Positions 1 to 9,816 of a stretch of 64,000 bases of DNA are shown here, in pieces. The position numbers and the translations under genes are program-made. This stretch comes from Pseudobdellovibrionaceae bacterium (lineage in GTDB: Bacteria > Bdellovibrionota > Bdellovibrionia > Bdellovibrionales > UBA1609). The notes beneath the pieces were generated by a model. It saw only the letters and a program-made list of their open reading frames with translations, was not told the origin of the DNA and searched no databases. The DNA lies in the NCBI GenBank assembly GCA_030591685.1, contig JAUVAX010000005.1, positions 31,106 through 95,105 on the forward strand, given 5' to 3'. Each line of letters opens with the position of its first letter. The first letter of the stretch is position 1.

Positions 1-2
1 CC

Positions 3-206
3 AGGGCGAACCTGATCAAACCCCTGTCCCCTCATGCTTTAAGGCATAGTTTTGCCACCCATTTACTCACTAGCGGAGCTGGGCTGAGAGCCTTACAAGA
101 ACTCTTAGGGCACTCAAGTTTAGTCGCCACTGAGAAGTACACACATATAACCACTGATGACCTGCAAAAAACATTGAATTCTCACCACCCTCTTGAGAAA
201 ACATAA
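3..206 (+). CDS. xerC: Tyrosine recombinase XerC/XerD family, C-terminal fragment (gene starts before the window)
   Basis: Not in the ORF track. My translation is [48 protein letters not shown]...HHPLEKT*, with [10 protein letters not shown], LLGH and the catalytic Tyr. XerC versus XerD is not certain. Confidence 0.85.
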   Translation, partial: RANLIKPLSPHALRHSFATHLLTSGAGLRALQELLGHSSLVATEKYTHITTDDLQKTLNSHHPLEKT

Positions 207-228
207 AAATTATTTAGGAGCGTAAAAA

Positions 229-762
229 ATGACTCAAAAAAAAGCTGTGTTTTTTGACCGAGATGGCACCTTAATTGTAGATAAAATTTATCTCAATGAC
301 CCTGGTCAAATTGAATACCTTGACGAGGTGATCACATCACTTAAAAAAATTCAAAGCCACGGTTACGATTTTATAGTCGTAACAAATCAATCGGGTATTG
401 CCCGAGGGATTGTTGACGAAGCTAATCTTTTTAAAATCCATAAAATAATTGATGATTTTTTTAAAAGCCATCAGATTAAAGTACTTGATTACCTCTATGC
501 CCCCTACTTAACGAGCAGTAACCACTATTACAGAAAGCCCCAAAGCGGTATGCTGCAAGAGGGGTCCGTCTTATACAATATCGATCTTTCAAAAAGCTGG
601 ATGGTAGGGGATCGCATGACAGACGTTGAGGCTGGCCACAGGGCCGGCACTAAAAGCATTCTTTTAAGTGACCTTGAAGACCCCAGTGATTTTGACTTTA
701 ACCCACCGGACGCCCATGTTCACTCACTGGCAGAGGTGGCCGCAGCCATTTGCGAACCTTAA
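229..762 (+). CDS. gmhB: D-glycero-D-manno-heptose 1,7-bisphosphate phosphatase (HAD IIIA)
   Basis: FFDRDGTL, VVTNQSGIARG, RKP and MVGDR motifs; AGGAG SD upstream. Confidence 0.85.
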   Translation: MTQKKAVFFDRDGTLIVDKIYLNDPGQIEYLDEVITSLKKIQSHGYDFIVVTNQSGIARGIVDEANLFKIHKIIDDFFKSHQIKVLDYLYAPYLTSSNHYYRKPQSGMLQEGSVLYNIDLSKSWMVGDRMTDVEAGHRAGTKSILLSDLEDPSDFDFNPPDAHVHSLAEVAAAICEP

Positions 763-764
763 AG

Positions 765-1310
765 TTAGTTTAAAAACTCTTTTTCATGGAGCCAAGCACT
801 ATGGCGGGGTGGTTTTTTTGTTTGGCTCCACTCTTTGAGCATCTTTGGAGCTATTTCTTTGAGTTCTTTTAACTGCTGAGCCGTCCCGGTCACACAGGTC
901 AACTCTACGCGGTGGCCGTTGGGGTCAAAAAAGTAAATGGACTGAATGATCCCGTGCTCTGTAACCCCAAGTACATCAATACCCTGCTGCTCAAGCTCTT
1001 TTTTAGCGTCAATGAGAGCTTTTTGATCTTTGATCTGAAAGGCAATGTGCTGGACCCACTTAGGAGTATTAAAATCACGGCTCATTTCTTTTTCACCGGT
1101 GATTTCAAAAAATGCTAAAATATTACCCTGACCGGCATCTAAAAACACATGCATATAAGGGTTCGGCTCTTTTGTAGAGGGGACTTTATCCTCAGCAATA
1201 CAAACCAGAAGGTCCATGTTTAAATGTTTTTGATAAAACTCTACCGTTTTTTGAGCGTCTTTACACCGGTAAGCAACGTGGTGGATTTGTTCTATTTTTA
1301 TCATCATCAT
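765..1310 (-). CDS. VOC (glyoxalase/dioxygenase) family protein, probably aromatic amino acid catabolism
   Basis: IHHVAY, QHIAF and SIYFFDPNGHRVEL motifs; downstream of hppD-phhA. Confidence 0.85.
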   Translation of the reverse strand: MMMIKIEQIHHVAYRCKDAQKTVEFYQKHLNMDLLVCIAEDKVPSTKEPNPYMHVFLDAGQGNILAFFEITGEKEMSRDFNTPKWVQHIAFQIKDQKALIDAKKELEQQGIDVLGVTEHGIIQSIYFFDPNGHRVELTCVTGTAQQLKELKEIAPKMLKEWSQTKKPPRHSAWLHEKEFLN

Positions 1311-1528
1311 TCTCCTGACTTACTGTTTACTGTTACTTAATAGCAACCTGTAAAAATTTAAAAAAATCGAATATCTATTAAATATTTGTGCCCTTAAATT
1401 TTAAATAATAAGGCTTTATCATTGCACACTAAATTCGTTTAAAAAATATGTCACTCAATTACCCTATATTTACAGCGCTCACAAATCGGTAAAAAAATTC
1501 TTACCCCCCATTAGGGCATCAATCGGTG

Positions 1529-2272
1529 TTAACTGTCTTGCTGCACTTTAAAATACAATTCGTCTAAGCCTCTGTATAATTGATCTGTGCTCTCAAGTAA
1601 AAAAAGCTTTTTTTGTATTTCATCTATACGAAACTCCTGTTGACGTATAACATCTACATCAAAAGGGAGTACCTCGGGCTCTTGGCTCAAGGCATAATGG
1701 CTCTCTTCAGTGGACGATGCTATACCGGCTCCAAAAATTCGAACCCCCTTTGGAGTTTTAATTAATCCAAACTCAATAGTGAACCAAAAAAACCTCTCAA
1801 ACTGACATAGTAAATCTTTACGGTCTAAAAACTGGCAAGCTATTCGACCAAACTTTTCACAAAAATCGGAGTACTCACTGTTTGTAAAAAATGGTAAGTG
1901 GCCATACAGGTCATGAACAATATCAGGCTCGGGGGTGTAGCTTAAATCTTTGGCCTCTCTTATAAAGTGGCCAATGGGAAACTCTCGGTTTGAGAGCATT
2001 TTGTAAAAGCCACTCCCATCCTCTAGCCCCTCAACATAAACACCTTGAAACCCTGTTAGCTTCATAAGCCTTTCATTAACCTCTTGCAAGTTTGGTATTT
2101 GCTCAGCGTTGATTTTAAGCTTTATAAGCCCTTCGTTAAAAATATCAACAACCTGCTCTTCACGAACCTGATCGCGTTCTTCGAGTATACGCCTCCAGGT
2201 TTTTTGATCTTCATCTGTGAAGTGTTTTTTATTTGGGCTTGATAATTTATTATGCTCACTTGCCATTTGCAT
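1529..2272 (-). CDS. phhA: Phenylalanine 4-monooxygenase
   Basis: YTPEPDIVHDLYGHLP iron motif, FWFTIEFGLI and GAGIASS; adjacent to hppD. Confidence 0.92.
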   Translation of the reverse strand: MQMASEHNKLSSPNKKHFTDEDQKTWRRILEERDQVREEQVVDIFNEGLIKLKINAEQIPNLQEVNERLMKLTGFQGVYVEGLEDGSGFYKMLSNREFPIGHFIREAKDLSYTPEPDIVHDLYGHLPFFTNSEYSDFCEKFGRIACQFLDRKDLLCQFERFFWFTIEFGLIKTPKGVRIFGAGIASSTEESHYALSQEPEVLPFDVDVIRQQEFRIDEIQKKLFLLESTDQLYRGLDELYFKVQQDS

Positions 2273-3318
2273 TACAAAGTTCCTCGCCTCATTTGATCTC
2301 GCTCTATTGAGTCAAAGAGGGCTTGAAAGTTGCCCTCACCAAAGGATAAATGATTAGCCCTCTGAATCAGCTCAATAAAAATAGGGCCCACTAAGTTTTT
2401 AGTGAAAATCTGTAATAAGTAACCCTCCTTATCACCATCCACTAAAATATTTAACTCCTCAATTTTACTTTTGTCCTCTTTAACATTCGGCACTCTATTA
2501 AAAACACTCTTATAGTATTCGGGGTCAATGTCTAACATCTCAATAGAAGTCCCCTTAAGTTGATTCATAGAATTTATAAGATCATTTGTTAAAAACGCTA
2601 AGTGCTGAACCCCAGGCCCTTTATAATCATCTAGGTACTCATTGATTTGTGACTTGGCCTCATTGGCCTCATTGATTGGGATACAAAACTGACCGCACGG
2701 AGACCTTAATGCATAGGAAGTAAGCCCTGTTTTTTCACCCTTTATGTCAAAATATCGGACCTCTACAAACCCAAAGATATCCTTATAAAAAGAGGCCCAC
2801 TTTTCCATAGTCCCTTTGTAGACATTATTTGTAAGATGGTCGACTAACAAAAAACCTTTGTCTGGGACCAACACCGGGTCTTGAAGCTTTTCAAAACCAA
2901 AGCGTGCGTAAGTAAAGTTTTGATCTGCATCGGGCTCTATAAAGTAAATTAAGCTGCCGCCAATGCCCTGCACTGCCGGCACGAAGCCACCTGATTGAGT
3001 TTGATAGTCCCCACTGGAGCACTCTTCGGCACCTCTGTTTAATGCTAAATCATGAGCCTGTTGGGAGTCTTTAAACCGCCAGCCCATGGCCGAAATTGAA
3101 GGGCCATGCTCAGACTGAAATTTATAACCTAGAGATGTTTTTTCGTAATTAAGAAGAAAGGTGATCCCGCCTTGGGCGTAGAGATCAATATTTTTATCCT
3201 TATGCTTTGCAATTTTAGAAAATCCGAACTCAATAAAAAGCTTGTGTAAAGTCTCTGGCGAGCTTGAGCTAAACTCAATAAAATCAATACCATTTAAATT
3301 CAGTGGGTTTTTATTCAT
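2272..3318 (-). CDS. hppD: 4-hydroxyphenylpyruvate dioxygenase
   Basis: DHLTNNV, GPGVQHLA, LLQIFT and FGEGNFQALFDSIERDQ motifs. Confidence 0.97.
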   Translation of the reverse strand: MNKNPLNLNGIDFIEFSSSSPETLHKLFIEFGFSKIAKHKDKNIDLYAQGGITFLLNYEKTSLGYKFQSEHGPSISAMGWRFKDSQQAHDLALNRGAEECSSGDYQTQSGGFVPAVQGIGGSLIYFIEPDADQNFTYARFGFEKLQDPVLVPDKGFLLVDHLTNNVYKGTMEKWASFYKDIFGFVEVRYFDIKGEKTGLTSYALRSPCGQFCIPINEANEAKSQINEYLDDYKGPGVQHLAFLTNDLINSMNQLKGTSIEMLDIDPEYYKSVFNRVPNVKEDKSKIEELNILVDGDKEGYLLQIFTKNLVGPIFIELIQRANHLSFGEGNFQALFDSIERDQMRRGTL

Positions 3319-3391
3319 AATTAATCCTCCTATAGTAGGCTCAAACTATATGAATAAACTGTTGATTAATAGATCATATATAGTTTACTCT

Positions 3392-3410
3392 ATGTTAGTA
3401 TTTTTAACAT
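3392..3410. promoter_or_regulatory. Putative LysR recognition box ATGTTA-N7-TAACAT
   Basis: Perfect 6-bp dyad containing T-N11-A, between divergent hppD and the LysR gene. Confidence 0.65.
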
Positions 3411-3411
3411 T

Positions 3412-4299
3412 GTGAGAGCTATGGATATAACAATCGACCAAGCCAAGGCCTTTCATGCTATAGCCAGGTGTGGGACCATACAGGGGGCTGCAAAAGCCCT
3501 TAATAAGGGGCATTCGGCCGTTATGTACCTCATTAAAGCCCTTGAGGAGCAAACTCAGCTTTGTTTATTTGACCGCTCAGGGTACCGAAACCAAATGACC
3601 CCAGAGGGTGTGATTGTTTTAAAGTACTGTCGTCAGCTCATCCAAACTCAACACGAGCTCGAACAAGTGTGTAATCAACTTCTTACTGACTGGGAGCCGC
3701 GGCTTAAGTTAATTTATGATGGTGTCATTGATTTTAACCCCATTGCCGACGCTTTATTTAAATTAAATGAATCTCAAACGCCTACAGAAGTAAAAGTTAT
3801 CGCCGCTTACCTTCACGAAGTTGAAACCAAATTCAAGGAGGAAAATGCAGACATTATGGTTACTATTATGCCCATCAAAGAGCCCCATATTTTATCCATA
3901 AAGCTCAAGCCCATTCGCATGCTCCTAGTGGCTCATAAAGAGTACTCCTTAAATAAAATAAAAACTAAAGGGCACTCTGCCTCTGAGCTCACAAATCACA
4001 CCTATATAAAAATAAGGGGTGCGACGGACCAATTGGGGCTAAGCACTGAACAAATGGACTTTAGCTCATCGTTTTTAGTTAATGATTTTGCCACAAAAAA
4101 ACAAGCGATACTCAAAAAGCTCGGCTATGGCTGGCTCCCTGAGTACCTTATTAAAAGCGATCTTAAGTCTAAAAAAATTCAGGTCATCAAAACAGACATT
4201 GAAAGCGAACACATATTGAACCCACGACTTTACCACCGAAATAAACTTTCTATTGGCAGGTCAACAAAACAACTTATAAAGTACTTTAAAGAGCGCTAG
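3412..4299 (+). CDS. LysR family transcriptional regulator
   Basis: N-terminal HTH (GTIQGAAKALNKGHSAV...LEEQ...LFDRSG), 295 aa, divergent from hppD. Confidence 0.93.
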   Translation: MRAMDITIDQAKAFHAIARCGTIQGAAKALNKGHSAVMYLIKALEEQTQLCLFDRSGYRNQMTPEGVIVLKYCRQLIQTQHELEQVCNQLLTDWEPRLKLIYDGVIDFNPIADALFKLNESQTPTEVKVIAAYLHEVETKFKEENADIMVTIMPIKEPHILSIKLKPIRMLLVAHKEYSLNKIKTKGHSASELTNHTYIKIRGATDQLGLSTEQMDFSSSFLVNDFATKKQAILKKLGYGWLPEYLIKSDLKSKKIQVIKTDIESEHILNPRLYHRNKLSIGRSTKQLIKYFKER

Positions 4300-4546
4300 A
4301 GGTAAAAAACTGAAATCTTCGTACCGAACGGCATTCAGAAGCACCTGGATCAGAACTAACCGTTGCCAAAAAGCAGGCTCCTATAGCCCTCTCTAGAGCC
4401 CCCTATAACTTCTCGTTGAGACCTACAGAGTACCGTATAGCTTTAAACTCAAAACCCCCAAAGAGCCCTCAGCACTTGATAGGCATAAAAACATTGTCTC
4501 TAAATGGGAGCCTCATAGAAGGTGGCTTTATTATTCTTACACTTAG

Positions 4547-4554
4547 CCCGATAA
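4547..4554 (+). promoter_or_regulatory. Possible sigma28 (FliA) -10 element CCCGATAA
   Basis: 7/8 match to GCCGATAA, about 22 nt before the GAGGAG SD of the FecR gene; the -35 match is weak. Confidence 0.4.
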
Positions 4555-4586
4555 GTATATAGTTAATATACCCCCAGAGGAGCTCA

Positions 4587-5516
4587 CTGATCATCAATAA
4601 AAAAATTTCTGCTTTAATAGCTATTTTTTTATTTACTCTTTTTTTAACCCCCATTTCGTGGGGAGCAAAGGTTTATGGTGTTTTTAAAGTTGTTAAAGGG
4701 ACGGTCTTCGTTATTTCTGGTAAAAATGGAAAACGAAAAAGGGCAAAGGTCGGAAAAAGGGTGTTCCCTAAAGATACTATTATTACTAAGAAAAACGCTC
4801 GAGTTAAAATTGTTATGATTGATGAGAACATTATAAATATTTCGCCAAAATCAAAAATTACAATTGAAAAGTATGAGTATGAGCCGAGTAAAGATAAAAA
4901 AGAGGTTCTTTTAAATGTTATCTTTGGTAAAATTAGATCTAAAATCAAGCAAAAGTACAATGGTAAATCTTCTAAATACGAAGTTAAAACGAAAACAACC
5001 GTTGCCGGTGTTCGTGGAACTGACTTTTTACTCACCTATGATCACCAGACGAAGCAAACCACTATTATTACCTTTGAGGGCCAAGTTCAATTTGGACGCC
5101 TTGGCCTCAATGGAGGAGTCAATAGCAAGGTACTTGTTAGTGTTGGCCAAATGTCCTCTAGTATTACTGGGGCCGCACCCACAAAGCCCGTTCGTATTCC
5201 TAAGTCTGAACTCAAACAGATCAACCGACAAACACAGCTCAATGAGCCCGACCAGGCTTCAGTGAATGACTCTATGTTAAAAAGAAGAGATGCTCATATT
5301 GAAGAAGAGCCCAGACTTAATGCTAAAAGGGTGCGTAATCGACACAGCAGGGACCCTGCCTCCTGCGAGGGCAAACGTTGCGACTCCATAATATTGCCGC
5401 CTCCCCCTATGGCGCCAACAACTGGGTCAGGCCTCTACATAAACCAGCCCAATACTATTTGCTCATCACAGCTGTGTGAGAACTTTAAGACCAATTTGAA
5501 TATCGTAATAGAATAA
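4587..5516 (+). CDS. Secreted FecR-domain protein (extended 5' of the ORF-track start at 4761)
   Basis: FecR motif VKTKTTVAGVRGTDF. The frame is open upstream of 4761 and encodes a signal peptide (INKKISALIAIFLFTLFLTPISWG-A) behind GAGGAG at 4577-4582. The start would be CTG 4587 or ATC 4590/4593. Confidence 0.8.
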   Translation: MIINKKISALIAIFLFTLFLTPISWGAKVYGVFKVVKGTVFVISGKNGKRKRAKVGKRVFPKDTIITKKNARVKIVMIDENIINISPKSKITIEKYEYEPSKDKKEVLLNVIFGKIRSKIKQKYNGKSSKYEVKTKTTVAGVRGTDFLLTYDHQTKQTTIITFEGQVQFGRLGLNGGVNSKVLVSVGQMSSSITGAAPTKPVRIPKSELKQINRQTQLNEPDQASVNDSMLKRRDAHIEEEPRLNAKRVRNRHSRDPASCEGKRCDSIILPPPPMAPTTGSGLYINQPNTICSSQLCENFKTNLNIVIE

Positions 5517-5674
5517 TTCACTAAAGAAGCCCCTATATACTTACAAACCCTATTTAGCATGACCAGACTTTAAATGAGTTCTTCTATATAAGGGTTACAT
5601 TTGGCCTCAAAACCTCTAAAATCTACCTAAACTACTGAAATAACAAATCTAATTTCGTCCAAATATGTGGCAAG

Positions 5675-7846
5675 GTGAGTATGCAAAGGGTATCTTTATT
5701 TTTTCTCATACTGATATGCCTTACAGATATAACAATAGCTGGACAAAAAAGTAAAAACAGTACGCCTTTAAAAAGTGGACCTCTAAAGAAAAATGTAAGG
5801 CAAAAAACTCTAAAACTAATTAGCTCCAAAAACTTAAAAATACCCTTTGAGATAAACTATGGGTCTTATGAATGGAATCACCTCTCTACAAAGCTTGATG
5901 TCACTTCAGTATTTATTAGAGATAAGAACACTGGAAAAATTGCCAAGACATTATTAAGCGAAACAGAGCCTGACTCGGCTATTTTCTCAGGTAAACTCTG
6001 GGTGAACTGGAAACAGAAAAGCTCTATCTCACCTGAGATATACATCCCTACAAATAGTCGTAAAATAAAACAAATCGCTAAGAAGGACTTTGCTACACTA
6101 TTAAAGATGGGGCATCTTAAGAAAAAGCCTCTTTTATTTAAAAAATACCCCTCAGGAAACCTTGTCATAGATGTCTATGACACAAAAAAACAGGTTCAAA
6201 AGGCCAAAAAGCACTTTAAAAGTGAACTTGCCCTAAAAAAGCAACTAGAAGAATCTAAAAAAACGACTCCTGAATCACCGAATTCGCATTCAAGGCTTAA
6301 GCTTTTAGAAGCTCAAAGGTTAGCAAAAAAACAGGCCCTTATTGAGAAGGCTCAACAAATATCAATTGATAATGAAAACTTCAGACTCAGGGAAGAGCAA
6401 CTAGAGAGACAAAAAATAATATTATTAATAAAAAAACAAAGTCATATAAAAAAAAATGGTTCTACAGAAAGAGCTTTGTCTTATTTAAAAAAGGGGCAGG
6501 CTGCGTATAAAATAAATAATTTTAAAAAAGCAGAAAAATACTTTAAAAAAAGTTTCCAACTAGATCCAAACAATGACTCCTATAGATTTAAATATGCGGT
6601 TTCTCTATATAGAAATCAAAAACTCAATAAAGCCCTTATCATGCTTAAGCTCAGTAATCCGTCTCAAACCGAAAAAATTGAGAAGCAGTACTACTTAGGA
6701 CTTATCTATTACCGCATTGGAGAGTTTAAAAATGCTCTTAAAAAATTTAGACTTTGTAAATTACAAAATCACACTTTCATTAGCCCTTCTTCTGCCTTTT
6801 ATGAGGGGCGAATACTTTATGCACTTGAAAAGTTTGAGCAGGCCAAGGCCCCTTTTGAATTTGTCCTTGAACACTCAAAGGACCCAAAGTTAGACCAAAA
6901 GGCCGAAGACTATTTAGAGAAAATTGCACTTCAACAAGCTTATTTAAAAAGGCTTGAGCATAGGCATGATTTATCTATGACAACAGGATTTATGTACGAC
7001 TCCAATGTACTACTCACAGCCAGCTCTGCCATAGCCCAAGGAAATGCCCTTTCTGTAGAAACCCCGAGGGTCTTACTCACGTCTGACTACAATTACCAAA
7101 TTGTGTATAATCGAAAAAATGAATTTTCACTTAAGGCCTCTACCCAGTGGCTGTACAGTATTAAGGACGAAGGGGCGTTTGCAGACCCACTCGTCGTCGG
7201 CGTCACGGCCCCTTATACTGTGAGAGGTAGAGTGCTTGGGCTCCCTCATCAGTTCACCTCTACTTTGGGGTTTGAAACTATATACTTACCAATAAGCACA
7301 GCCGCTGTTCGAGAAAACCTTTTTAATAGCGTTACCCTCAACTTTAAGAGTACATTTTTTATGAGCCGTGATTGGATAGCAGGTTACGAGCTTAAACTTC
7401 GTAATGATGACTCTCAACTTATTTTTTCTGACCCGTCAGATGAGTCGGATGCCCAACTTTTTAGTTTTGAAACAACACAAAGTTTTTTTGCAGATTATAC
7501 AAAAAAAGAGGGGCACGAGTGGAAACTTGGATACACTCAAAATGAGGCTCAAGGAGAAAACAAAAAATACTCGAGAATCGATTTGGGCGTTACCTACTTT
7601 TCAACTTTAAGTTCCTGGAACGCTACATGGTATAGCCTTATTAATCTTTATCATCTGACCTTTCAGGGCAGTAACCCTCATGCTGACCTCAACTCAACAG
7701 TACTTATTGGGGTAAAGAAGCCTCACAAAAAATGGATCAACTATAATTTTTCAGCCAGTTATACCGACAGCTCTTCAGATGTAACAACATTTACCTATGA
7801 TAAATATGTGGTTTCAATGGCTGCAGAGTTTAACTGGAATTTTTAA
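5675..7846 (+). CDS. TPR-repeat protein with C-terminal outer-membrane beta-barrel (SLAM/DUF560-like)
   Basis: Signal peptide, coiled coil, TPRs (KAEKYFKKSFQLDP), barrel beginning GFMYDSNV, alternating beta-strand pattern and terminal Phe (EFNWNF). Confidence 0.75.
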   Translation: MSMQRVSLFFLILICLTDITIAGQKSKNSTPLKSGPLKKNVRQKTLKLISSKNLKIPFEINYGSYEWNHLSTKLDVTSVFIRDKNTGKIAKTLLSETEPDSAIFSGKLWVNWKQKSSISPEIYIPTNSRKIKQIAKKDFATLLKMGHLKKKPLLFKKYPSGNLVIDVYDTKKQVQKAKKHFKSELALKKQLEESKKTTPESPNSHSRLKLLEAQRLAKKQALIEKAQQISIDNENFRLREEQLERQKIILLIKKQSHIKKNGSTERALSYLKKGQAAYKINNFKKAEKYFKKSFQLDPNNDSYRFKYAVSLYRNQKLNKALIMLKLSNPSQTEKIEKQYYLGLIYYRIGEFKNALKKFRLCKLQNHTFISPSSAFYEGRILYALEKFEQAKAPFEFVLEHSKDPKLDQKAEDYLEKIALQQAYLKRLEHRHDLSMTTGFMYDSNVLLTASSAIAQGNALSVETPRVLLTSDYNYQIVYNRKNEFSLKASTQWLYSIKDEGAFADPLVVGVTAPYTVRGRVLGLPHQFTSTLGFETIYLPISTAAVRENLFNSVTLNFKSTFFMSRDWIAGYELKLRNDDSQLIFSDPSDESDAQLFSFETTQSFFADYTKKEGHEWKLGYTQNEAQGENKKYSRIDLGVTYFSTLSSWNATWYSLINLYHLTFQGSNPHADLNSTVLIGVKKPHKKWINYNFSASYTDSSSDVTTFTYDKYVVSMAAEFNWNF

Positions 7847-7851
7847 TTCAC

Positions 7852-8475
7852 CTACAAAACTGCTGACTCTACATAATGATTAACTACATCTTGGGTTCGG
7901 GAGCGAAGGCTGTCAAAATCAATCGACTCTGAGCGATGTAACTCTGCGCCCGCTTTTTCATAATGAATTAACGGGTTTTTCAGTAACGGCTCCACAAACA
8001 AATCTTGTGGCAATACGCCTTGTTGGAATAAAAACTTAATTTCAAATTGAGTTTTTAAAACCCCAATATTCTCTGCTGTTGAGAGAGCTTTCAAAGCATT
8101 CCCTAGAAGGTTAAAGCACTCCTGAGAGTCTACCGCCGCCTCTAAAGAGACTTTATAAACAATATCAACCAAGTAAAGGGCTAGCTGTAACTTGTCGTAG
8201 TGACTTCTAATACCAGTGAAGTCATTTATTATTTGGGCCTCTTCTAAAAAATACAATTGGCCCTCTGACATTGAGTATTTTTTGGGTCTATAGGCTAATA
8301 AAACATAGTGAGTGGGGTCTAAAACTCCGCCCACAAACCTTTTTTTACTCTTTAGAGCGCCCTTTGCAATAAGCCCTATTTTAGCCCCATCTTTATTAAG
8401 TGCATTGATAATTAAATCTGACTCACCATATTTTATTTTTTTTAAAATAATACATTTTTCTTTTATTAAGTTCAT
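7852..8475 (-). CDS. recO: DNA repair protein RecO
   Basis: IILKKIKYGESDLII...IAKGALKSKKRF N-terminal OB-fold motif. Confidence 0.92.
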   Translation of the reverse strand: MNLIKEKCIILKKIKYGESDLIINALNKDGAKIGLIAKGALKSKKRFVGGVLDPTHYVLLAYRPKKYSMSEGQLYFLEEAQIINDFTGIRSHYDKLQLALYLVDIVYKVSLEAAVDSQECFNLLGNALKALSTAENIGVLKTQFEIKFLFQQGVLPQDLFVEPLLKNPLIHYEKAGAELHRSESIDFDSLRSRTQDVVNHYVESAVL

Positions 8476-9816
8476 TTAATACAAACCAAACAAAATTAAT
8501 AAGGCCATAATGTCGGCTATGATTGTAAAAAATGGTACGGATAACACCATGGGGTCTAAATTTATTTTATCCATTAGTAGTGGTATTCCACAACCAAGAC
8601 CAATGCTTACTATGATCTGTATTGAAATCGCTAAAGAAATTATCACTAAAACAGGCATAGAAAAAACAAAGAGCCCTAAGAACAATACGAGTCCACCAAA
8701 AATAATAGAAAATAAAAGGCTTAAGGTTAGCTCTTTAGAGATATATGATTTTAATGCCGAGGCTTCAAATCTCCCTGAGCGCAGGGCACCAAGAGTTGTT
8801 GTCGCCGCTTGACTGCCAGCGGTTGTACTAAGACCTAATACTATAGGAACCATGGATGCTAAAATAATAAAATCATTATTTAAGTTTGAGAACGTACTTT
8901 TTATGAAATTATGAATAATCACAAAACAAATGATCCCGCCTAAAAACGAGAGCGCTAGCCAAGGTATTCGGGCGCGAAATTGACTAAAAATACTGGCCTG
9001 ACTATCAACACCGGCCTGACCCATGGATAATAAATCTTCTTCGGCCTCGGCGCGAATAACATCAATGACATCATCTACTGTAACAACCCCTACGAGCTTG
9101 TTGTTACCATCTACAACGGGGAGAGATAAAAAATCATAGTGCTCTACTGTTTTGGCCACGTCCTCTTGGTCCATACCTAGAGTGACTGAGATGACATCTA
9201 GAAACATAACCTCTTTTAATGTTGATTTTTTTTCAGACAAAAGAAGCTGCTTTAAACTTAAAACACCTACAAGCTGCCCGTTGCTATTAATTACATATAA
9301 GTAAAATAAGACTAAGTTAGTTTCTTGATCGTTCTGAATGGTTTGGATCGTTTGCTCAACGGTATAATTTTCATCTACCGAAAAGTGATCTGAGTTCATG
9401 ATCCCACCAGCAGAGTCCTCAGGGTAACCCATAAGGTCAGAGACCTCTTCAGATTCATCAGAGCCTAAAGCGTTTAAAATCTCTTCTGATTGCTCGGGCT
9501 TTAGCTGTCCTAATAAATCGGCTAAATCATCAGACTCCATAAGCTTAGCTAACTTAACGAGGTCAACCTTAGGCATCAACTCTACCAAGTCTTTTTGTAT
9601 GTTTTTATTTAAATAACTTAAAATTGTGGCTTTGTTTTCTAAAGTGTCTACAAACCCCAGTAGTGTTAGCACCTCTGGAGAGTCAAAAGACTCTAAAACA
9701 AGTGCTATGTCGGCTGTGTGTGTTTTTAAAAAAATCTTTTTTATATTTACAGTGGCATTGCGATGAAATAATTTTTTAACTGTTGCTATAAGCAACCTTG
9801 TTCGATCTTCGATCAT
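8476..9816 (-). CDS. mgtE: Magnesium transporter MgtE
   Basis: YPEDSAGGIM, CBS pair, VTVDDVIDVI, RIPWL and C-terminal TM helices with DP...AD. Confidence 0.95.
   Translation of the reverse strand: MIEDRTRLLIATVKKLFHRNATVNIKKIFLKTHTADIALVLESFDSPEVLTLLGFVDTLENKATILSYLNKNIQKDLVELMPKVDLVKLAKLMESDDLADLLGQLKPEQSEEILNALGSDESEEVSDLMGYPEDSAGGIMNSDHFSVDENYTVEQTIQTIQNDQETNLVLFYLYVINSNGQLVGVLSLKQLLLSEKKSTLKEVMFLDVISVTLGMDQEDVAKTVEHYDFLSLPVVDGNNKLVGVVTVDDVIDVIRAEAEEDLLSMGQAGVDSQASIFSQFRARIPWLALSFLGGIICFVIIHNFIKSTFSNLNNDFIILASMVPIVLGLSTTAGSQAATTTLGALRSGRFEASALKSYISKELTLSLLFSIIFGGLVLFLGLFVFSMPVLVIISLAISIQIIVSIGLGCGIPLLMDKINLDPMVLSVPFFTIIADIMALLILFGLY

Noticed and set aside
1-206. Tyrosine recombinase as a prophage or island integrase
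   Set aside because: It looks like housekeeping Xer, is followed by gmhB, and has no att repeats, tRNA or phage genes nearby.
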